This document shows, piece by piece, positions 55,545 to 64,000 of a stretch of DNA of 64,000 nt. Made by a program: the position numbers and the translations under genes. The notes below the pieces were generated by a model, which was not told the DNA's origin, did not search any database, and saw only the letters and a list, made by a program, of their open reading frames with translations. Position 1 is the stretch's first letter. Each line of letters starts with the position of its first letter. This DNA comes from Octopus vulgaris. Its lineage: Eukaryota. Location: contig OX597815.1 in the NCBI GenBank assembly GCA_951406725.2, forward strand, positions 71,920,001 through 71,984,000, read 5' to 3'.

Positions 55545-56455
55545 TTTCACTTGTTTCAGTTATTGCACTGCGGCCATGCTGGGGTCACCGCATCGAAGGG
55601 TTTAGTCAAACAAATCGACCCTCCCCTCCTCCATTACATACCGTAAATCCTCGAGTATAATCCGAATTTTTTCCCGAAAATTTAAAGGTCAAAATCCTTA
55701 GTGCGTACTATATACGAGGTTAAATATGAAAAATATTTTCTAAGCAATGTCCGAGTCTCTATTTGCTGTCCGGCAATGTTTATTCAGACGCATTTTGTGA
55801 TGTCGGGCGCGAAAATACCTTAAGCTAAGCCTGAAAGCAATGAAGTCATAAAAGAATCATCCATAACTTGCAGTAAGCAACATTTATTAAACGTTATTAC
55901 TGTTATTTCTTTATTTTCTGCAAACAAAATGCACAAAAAAGCTACACGTTTGCATCATGTTATATATACAATAATAATAATAAAGGACGTTACCGTATAC
56001 ATTTTTACAAACCAAGGACGTTATATAGACCTCCTTGACTCAAGTTAGAGAAGGGTGCGTATTATACACAAGGTTTAGGTTTTTCAGAGGTACAGCCCCC
56101 TAAAAATCCCCTGTGTATTATACTCAAGGGCGGGCTATACTCGAGGATTTACAGTATATGTTCTTAAAGTCTGGTACTCATTCTATTGGTCACATTTGCC
56201 GGTCCGCTAGATTAGAGAGACGTAAACAAACCGATTGTAAACAACACCAATTGTCAAGTGGTGATGGATCGACAAACACAGCACGAGCGCGCGCATATAC
56301 GACGTGTCTACACGCAGTTTCCAACAACCAAATACACTCACAAGGCATTGGTTGGCCCAGGGCTACAACACTCGATGCCACTTGCCCAAGGTGCTGCGCA
56401 GTGAGAATGAACCTGAAACCACGAGGTTACAAAGCAAACTTCTTAACCACACAGT
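55545..56455 (-). mobile_element. SINE family A split by a MITE insertion
   Basis: SINE 3' part at 55545-55638, remainder at 56157-56455. Confidence 0.75.
55641..56154. mobile_element. pogo/Tigger-like MITE with TA TSD
   Basis: TA|CCGTAAATCCTCGAGTATA...TATACTCGAGGATTTACAG|TA. Confidence 0.85.
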
Positions 56456-56887
56456 AATGATTGCGCCAAATGTTCTTTGATTAATTTTTGCCATTCATTT
56501 TCATCTTTCTTACTAGAAACAGCATTTTAAGTCGCGTTTACATTCCATGTTAGATTTACATTTTACGGCTTCTTTTGTGATGTTTCAAATTTTCTTTCAT
56601 CAAAAAACGTTCTGGAAGACTACTTAGGCTAAGAACATTGCCTTTTCTATTGTTTAGCAGTATTTTTAATGGGCATTTATTATCCTTCTGTTTTTCTCCT
56701 TATTCTCTCTTAATTACTAATACGTACATGTATATATATGCTTATAAATATGCCTTTGTACCAACTTATTGTTAGCATTCAAATAAAATATTACTTGATC
56801 AAACTTTTATGTTTACCATTGAATTTGCTCATTAGGAGTTGATTCACCGGTTAGCGGTTTCTTATTGTTAGAAACGTTTTATTGCTG

Positions 56888-57073
<186 letters not shown>

Positions 57074-57174
57074 TCATCATCTTATCCACGCTCGCGTACA
57101 CACACGTGAGTGTGTGCTCATATCTAAATGTGTTTATGTGTGTGTATACACATATACATATATGTACATATATA

Positions 57175-57205
<31 letters not shown>

Positions 57206-57391
57206 TTGTGTGTGTATGTGTGTGTGTGCATATAAATACAGTGTACATTTAAACAGATAAGAGATATCCATCATAGGATACCTGGCATGCTAGAAGGAAT
57301 AGCCAAAATCCAAACCACTATTAGGGATAAATTTCGAAGGGAATGAAAAAGAAAAACATTTACTATCTGGAGTATGGTTTCTGACTTTATG

Positions 57392-57639
57392 TTAGCAAAT
57401 AAAATAATTTGCTAGGCGAAGTCTTCATCCGCCTAGCAAATTATATATGAAGTAGATATAAAGGTCCCTTCCAGGGGTCGTATTATAGATTTTCTCAACA
57501 ATCTAAGTATGTCACGAGGTTTCCAGACATGAGTTTTACTCACGTGTCAAGTTTCATCAAAATCAATAAAACGATGTAGGAGGAGTTAGCTAACAACACC
57601 ACAAACAAACCCACACCGATTTTCCACATATGTAGTAGA
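57392..57639 (-). mobile_element. Short non-autonomous Helitron-like element
   Basis: Minus A|TCTACTA start, 13-bp hairpin AATTTGCTAGGCG/CGCCTAGCAAATT, CTAA about 10 nt further on. Confidence 0.6.
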
Positions 57640-57650
57640 TCTTTGGATCT

Positions 57651-58410
57651 AGGCGAGTTTGTCTAAAACAATTCGTCTAAAACACAACATGAATAAAAAA
57701 TAAAAATTGTTTCTTTTTGATGAATTCGTATTTTTTATTCATAATTTATAGTTCTTTTGGTTTATAACTAGCTGTTAACTATTTATAAAAACATTAGGAT
57801 TATTTTAATTCAAAATGCATAAAAAACAAATGATAGTATTTACTGAAAGGATTTATTCGTTTCTACTCTAGGCACAAGGCCCGAAATTTTGGGGGAGGGG
57901 CCAGTCGATTAGATCGACTCCAGTACGTAACTGGTACTTAATTTATCGACCCCGAAAGGATGAAGGGCAAATTCGACCTCGGCGGAATTTGAAACTGAAA
58001 GGATTTATTAAATCTTAAAAGGAAAGGTTGTGTGCTATTCCACGAACGCAGGCAACAAAATTTCGTGGATCAAAATTTTGCAGTATCTCAATAGCGCTTC
58101 TTTGATAGTTCTGGTTCCATTCCAGCAATATACTGCTCAATCCGAATCTCGCTTAGGCTTTGTTCTTTTTGTAAAAAGTTGATAAATTTCCAGATGTTGG
58201 GGTGATGAGACCCAACTTGGGTTTCGAATGCTCGATCCCATCCTTCGACAAAGTCATTTGTTTTGGGCAAATCATCAAGAACTTTTAAATACATTTTCCA
58301 CATATTTAGTGAGAAGAGAGGTGGGTATCATACATTCCTTCTGTTAGGCCTTCCAATTCACGTATCCTCGAAATAGTCAATGACTTCTTGTGCTTCATCA
58401 GGGAATAACA
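57651..58410 (-). mobile_element. MULE (Mutator-like) transposase C-terminal fragment with nested SINE B (57860-57995)
   Basis: DYFEDT, LPKTNDFVEGW.RAF...HHPNIWKFI..LQKEQ. Confidence 0.75.
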
Positions 58411-58422
58411 CAAACCCGAGCG

Positions 58423-58506
58423 GCAGTACGATCGTTTCATGCAACTCTATTTAATTTAAGAACGCGATCATTACATCAATTTAAATGCAGAGCAATCTTC
58501 AGCTGC
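58423..58506 (-). ncRNA. Type I hammerhead ribozyme fold with long stem II
   Basis: Minus GCAG-CTGAAGA-TTGC..GCAT-GAAA-CGATCG-TA-CTGC. Confidence 0.8.
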
Positions 58507-59407
58507 ACAAAGACATAGAATTTAATTAGATTAAAACAGATGGCCATATTGGTACTAAGGTATCAAGAGGATGTACATTGTTACGAACAAAAGGACAGGG
58601 CTGAGGGAGCAGACAGAAATCATATTTGGTATAGTCGTATAATCAAGATTTATTAGAAGCAATGTATCATGAGGTTTGGTAAAGGAAAACTTAAAACTAG
58701 ATGTTAGCTGACAATCAAGGGGTCGCCCACTAGCAGACCATTGATAATGAAACAGGGGAAGTCTTATCATATAGTACTATAATTAAAATATTTTAAACAA
58801 TGTTACTATATTGTATACAGCTAAAGTTTAGGGTTATTCAGAGGATTATTAAGAAGAATAGAAATTTTTGAATAATTTTGAGTATATACCAAACTTTTAC
58901 CCCAATAGAGGGAGGGAAAGAAATTATCCAGAAATAATTAAATATTTATACATATCATACACTTAAATACTAACTCATCAGATAGTATCTGTGAATATTG
59001 ATTAATTTGTATATACTGGTATTAGTAATAATTATCATTAAAAAAAACTGCTTAGATTATAATTTTATCAATATATAATTAGCATGTTCTTTTACCTCAA
59101 TACTCCTTTATTAATACCAGTATATAAAGGAAGAAAAAATTCTGGGTTCGAATACGTTCAACTAAAAATCTTCAAGGCAGTACTCTATGGCCACCGACCA
59201 ATGACTGAAACAAGTAAAAGGGGGAAAAAATGAAAAATAGCCGAAAAATATAAATGAGGGGATTTTGTCCACTTTCACACTTTAACTATGGGGGTTTTGT
59301 CCGAGGAGGTTTTGTCCTAAACTCGTGTGGAGGACTTGCTCCGTTATCCAGTTAAGATTGGAGACGTTTGTTTTTTAGAAATATTCCATTTGTAATGCGC
59401 TATTTTG

Positions 59408-59530
59408 TTCCGCCGAGGTCGACTTTGACTTTCATCCTTTCGGGGTCGATAAATTAAGCAGCAGTTACGTACTGGAGTCGATCTAATTGACTGGCCCCTC
59501 CCCCAAAATTTCGGGCCTTGTGCCTAGAGC
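59408..59530 (+). mobile_element. SINE family B, 3' part
   Basis: Near reverse complement of 57866-57990. Confidence 0.8.
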
Positions 59531-60689
59531 ATGTGCTATTTTGTTTTTTGATAAATCTTAACTTTGTGCTATAAGTTTCTTATTTTGAGAAATATTTAAT
59601 TTGTAATGTGTTGTTTATCATATTAAATGCATATTGAATGCTTAAAACTATAAAATACGTGTTGTTTTCTCGTTCTTTTTTTGTCATCGAGGTGGTTGTG
59701 AGATGTGCTAAAAATAACAGGTAAATAGGCCATAAATCACACACCGCTACAATTTTTTTGTTTCTTTTTGCATAATCGTATGAAGTCCCGTTGGTAGAAT
59801 ACAAATTTTTCAAAAATTGCCTGGAAATTCCCAAAATATATACTTAATGTTATGAGGGGTTTATATGCCGTTCTTAAAGCTCTGGGCGGAGGTAAAGGAC
59901 ATGGACCGCACCCCCTTTCGTTTGTTCTTTTTTCTTTTTGCGAGGGGCTTTTTCTACAGAAACCCACTTTTTCGACTGCAGAGATTCCGAATCTGCAAAA
60001 ACAAAAATCGGCATTTCAAAATATCTAAACAGAAAACTCGACATGCTAGTAACAGCAGCTAAACGACGAATCACGTTTTCAAAATTTTAATTTCCCCCTC
60101 CCCTCCTTTTTCTTTGCCAGAGTGGTGGAGAGGGGGAAAATTGAAGTTTTGAAAACGTGTTTTTCAAAATCATCACTTTTTTTTACACATTCAAATTCTA
60201 TCACAAATCCAAATGCCTAAATGACCATACAGTATATTTCCACAATACTCCTTAGGTAATCCCAATAATCTTATAAATCTATATTTGCTTACAGCTGGGC
60301 CGGCACTAAGCCTCTGCAACCCCTTCCATCGCATGGGTTTTCCGTGAAGAACAGGAATTACTATAATGTAAAACTTAAAATTCGATGTTACACACAACTT
60401 ATGTAATTTTCAGAAGAAAAAGAAATAGTAAGGTTTCTGAATTACGAAAGGTTTTCATATGGACACACGCCCGGTGAAAACTCTTATTACATTGATATAA
60501 GTCATTCGTTCATTCGGTCTTTTAGGCAAATATACACTGTAGGATATGTTTCAATTTATACGATAAACTTAATAAATTTTTAAGTTCAATATTCCCATGA
60601 CATAGGTTAGAGATATCGACATGAGTTATTCAAGTAATTGTTCGTGGAATGGACCTAATATAATTAGCTACAGTACACTCAGTATTTCA

Positions 60690-61010
60690 TATTCAAATCC
60701 GATATGATTATTTCTACTTGGATAAGAATTAGAAAATTTATCTTGATAAACTTCCAATACATATTTTGGATATTTGTGAAACAACTCGCCTCATTAACAC
60801 TTGATAATTCACGTTTAAATCCGATGTGAGTATTTATTCTTGGACATGGATTGAAAAATATTATATGCTGATAACTTACGTTGTCTATTTTTAATATTCT
60901 TGGAGCAACTCGATTTATTAACACTAGATATTCCTATTTTAAATCAGATGTGAATAATTATACTTATATAGAGATTTTTAAAAAACTGTATGCTGATAAC
61001 TAACATTACA
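60690..61010. repeat. Degenerate tandem repeat, about 124-bp period, three units
   Basis: AAATCCGATGTGA.TA.TTAT.CTT...TATGCTGATAACT recurs. Confidence 0.6.
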
Positions 61011-61420
61011 TACTAACCGGCAAAGGTGGGGGCCTACGCCTCCCCTCCCAGACGGGGTGGGAAGTTGCGGCCTTCTTCTATACCTTTCCTATACCCTTCT
61101 CAATTATACCACCGGCTAAAGGAGAAGTGGGGTGTGAAACCTCTTTCCCTACCCTTCCAACCAATCCCGATTGACACCCAAACACTCTGAAATTTTTGTA
61201 TTGGAGCTTCCGGTGCGAATGCCAAGCAGTACAGCATGTCGTTTCCAAATTTCTGGCAGAGTGAATGGCGTCATGTTGCTATTTATCTCACAGACGGTGC
61301 CCAACTGACCCTACTATACTGTGTAGTCAACAAAATCAAAAACAAACAATGCGCATGCGTGAAATTAGGACTATAAATGGTGACAATTTATCCATTGCAC
61401 CCTGTGTATGTGTATATATA

Positions 61421-62709
61421 CGAGGTCTGATCAATAAGTATCCAGACTGGTGCTGTAAAAATAAAACTATCACACATACCAATTTAGCATTTAATCTCCT
61501 TCAAATTAGTCAACTTCGGAAGCCACTCATTTAATCCAGCGCTGTTTCCATTGATAGAAGCATTCTTGGAACTTTTTTTCTGGCATAATCAGCAGCTGCC
61601 TTGTCGCATTCTTCCATTCAAGCAGGGTTTGATTTTTGGAAAAAGGAAAAAGTCACATAGAGTGAGATCTGGGGAATACGGTGGCTGCCGGGCCTGGGGA
61701 ATGCTGTGCCTAGCCAAAAACTGCTGCACAAGCTGCCCTGGATGTGCAGGTGCGTTGTCATGGTGCAATTGCCATTCACCAGACACATACAACTGAGGCC
61801 TTTTCCGACGAATAGCATCCCGCAAACGCCGCAAAACATCACGGTAGTACTCCTTGTTTACTGTCTGACCAGGTGGAGCATACTCATGATGAAAAATCCC
61901 CTTGTAGTCAAAGAAAATTGTCAACAATGTCTTCACAGTGCTTCGATTCATTCATGCTTTCTTCGGTCTCGGAGAGGTTGGGATCTTCCATTGCGAATAC
62001 TGACCGTTTGTTTTGGGGTCATAACCATAGACCCATGATTCATCACCCCTTATGACTGTTTTCAAAAAGTTTTCATCGTTCTTGACACACTCAAGGAGAT
62101 CTTGTACAATTGAAACCCAAGTGTCATTTTGGTCAGCAGAAAGCAGTTTTAACACAAACTTAGCAGACATGCATCTCATACCCAAATCTTCAGTGACAAG
62201 GGACTGAAATGAACTGTAACTAATCTGCACATCCTCTGATAACTCACAGATGGGGATATCACAATTTTCCCTCACAACTGCATGCACATCTGCGATGTTT
62301 TTTTCTGTTCTGCTGATTGCAGGTCTCCCAGAACGTTCATCAATATTGACATTTTTTCGGCCTTCCTGGAAACGTCTGAACCACTCGTACACATGTGTGC
62401 AACTTATATGCCCCTCTCCATACACTTTCTGCAACTTTGTGTAGGCCTCTGAGCAGGTATCACCAAGCTTTTGGTTAAATTTGATACAGATTCTCTATTC
62501 AACCTTTTCTGTGATGATCAATGCGATGATCACACGTTACCCACGTTCCTTCCAATCGCTGCCGTAAACAGCGGAAGTGAGCTAGAATGTTAAAACTTAG
62601 TGCACACGCACAGCAGAGTTCAAGGTCAATCTGTGTCAAGCAGCTTTACTCTGCGTGCTTTAGCTTCGTTACTACAGCAACAGTCTGGATACATATTGAT
62701 CAGACCATG
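61421..62709 (-). mobile_element. Full-length but inactivated mariner transposon
   Basis: TIRs GGTCTGATCAATA.GTATCCAGACTG.TGCTGTA; GDESW, HDNAPAH and YSPDL..CDF motifs; stops and frameshifts. Confidence 0.92.
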
Positions 62710-62754
62710 TTTATATATAATTTTGTTCATTCGTTATAAATCTCGAATTATGCT

Positions 62755-62812
62755 TGCACTGATGATTAAAAAGTGCATTACTGCACTAATTATGAAATCA
62801 CGGTGATCTGCA
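62755..62812 (+). ncRNA. Type I hammerhead ribozyme fold
   Basis: TGCA-CTGATGA-TTAA..AGTGCA TTAC TGCACT..TTAT-GAAA-TCACGGTGA-TC-TGCA; intact core, AUC site. Confidence 0.8.
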
Positions 62813-62938
62813 GCTAAATTCTGTTTTTAAATAACTTGCTTCGAGAGTTGCATTCGGTACGATGTATTTATTTATTTTGGTAGTTTTGACTTTAAGAGAC
62901 CCTCCTAGCGTGTGGCATTTATGTATAGTATTGCCATC

Positions 62939-62969
<31 letters not shown>

Positions 62970-63204
62970 GGTAAACAGTAAAAATAATTACAGACATGGA
63001 CAAGAACATGAAACGCCACAGAGACGACACAAGAACCACAGGACGGGACATTCGAAGCCCTCAGTCATCAGTCAAGAACCAGATCATCTTAGCAATTTCG
63101 GCTGATTAGGGAAGCTTTATGAAAATAGACAAAAGACGAAGGCAGGTGGAAAACAAACAAACAATTGTATTAGTATGGCGCTCAGGAAATATAAATAAAA
63201 TAAG

Positions 63205-63242
63205 TCTTTAACGTTTCGAGCCTACGCTCTTCAACAGAAAGA
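63205..63242 (-). ncRNA. Variant-core minimal hammerhead-like motif
   Basis: Minus TCTTT-CTGTTGAA-GAGC GTAG GCTC-GAAA-CG-TT-AAAGA, within a repeat (63110-63285) homologous to 30015-30180. Confidence 0.5.
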
Positions 63243-63417
63243 TACACAGAGAGAAAAAAACACAGAAAGAAGGAGAGAAAAAAAATGCGTGCAGTAACTA
63301 ACGAATCAACATGGCGATCTGATTTCGGCCAGAGGTCAAAGATCAAACATGAGACGCGAGAGCGAAATAAGGGGAGATAATAGGGTTGATAATAGGGTTG
63401 AATGACCAGCTATTAAG

Positions 63418-63832
63418 GCGTAGGAGAGGTCTGGACGTGTGTATGTATAGGGTTGGTGTATGTATTAGTATGTATTAGTATGTATAAGGGTGTGTGTGTG
63501 TGTATGAGAGAGTATTAGTGCGTAGGATAGGTCTGGACGTGCGTATGTATGGGGTTGGTGTATGTATTAGTATGTATTAGTATGTATAAGGGTGTGTGTG
63601 TGTGTATGAGAGAGTATTAGTGCGTAGGATAGGTCTGGACGTGCGTATGTATGGGGTTGGTGTATGTATTAGTATGTATTAGTATGTATAAGTGTGTGTG
63701 TGTGTGTATGAGAGAGTATAAGTGCGTATGAGGGGTCTGGACATGTGTATGTATAGGGTTGGTGTATGTATTAGTATGTATTAGTATGTATTAGTACGTA
63801 TTAGTATGTATTAGTTGGTGTATGTATTAGTA
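63418..63832. repeat. About 101-bp minisatellite, four units
   Basis: GCGTAGGATAGGTCTGGACGTG...GGTTGGTGTATGTATTAG...GAGAGAGTATTAGT repeated. Confidence 0.9.
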
Positions 63833-63876
63833 TGGCACATCATATATGATGTGATGTGTAAAGTCGTGTGGTGTAG

Positions 63877-63998
63877 TGAGGAGAAGAGGGGAGGGGGAGG
63901 AGAAGGGGAGGGGAAGAGGAGAGGAGGGGGAAGAGGAGAGGAGGGGGAAGAGGAGAGGAGGGGGAAGAGGAGAGGAGGGGGAAGAGGAGAGGAGGGGG
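63877..63998. repeat. Polypurine 17-bp repeat (GAGGAGAGGAGGGGGAA)n
   Basis: Directly visible. Confidence 0.9.
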
Positions 63999-64000
63999 CG

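Noticed and set aside
63040-63085. CTGATGA...GAAT on the minus strand
   Set aside because: GAAA is broken and stems I and III do not close
63418-63832. CRISPR-like regular repeats
   Set aside because: Whole units repeat with no unique spacers; eukaryotic minisatellite with no cas genes

Overview
AT-rich, microsatellite-dense eukaryotic DNA. The repeat families look like those of a coleoid cephalopod, probably Octopus (inferred from SINE/LINE content, not proven). I can support no host protein-coding exon; nearly all ORF-track entries are microsatellite read-throughs or transposon fragments, so the window is probably intronic or intergenic. It contains a decayed hAT-like transposase, an RTE LINE fragment, a Penelope-like (GIY-YIG) fragment, a stack of Dong/R4-type RLE retroelements in (TAA)n tracts, a near-complete CR1-group LINE ORF2, three Tc1/mariner relics, a MULE fragment, Helitron/Helentron-type non-autonomous elements, MITEs and many tRNA-derived SINEs. 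The most interesting signal is non-coding: six type I hammerhead-ribozyme folds (five with a U.U or A.A mismatch at position 10.1-11.1, most with a palindromic stem III) plus two copies of a variant-core form, some next to short fold-back hairpins. Two apparent locally templated insertions are also notable. All coordinates and folds were read by eye and need computational confirmation.
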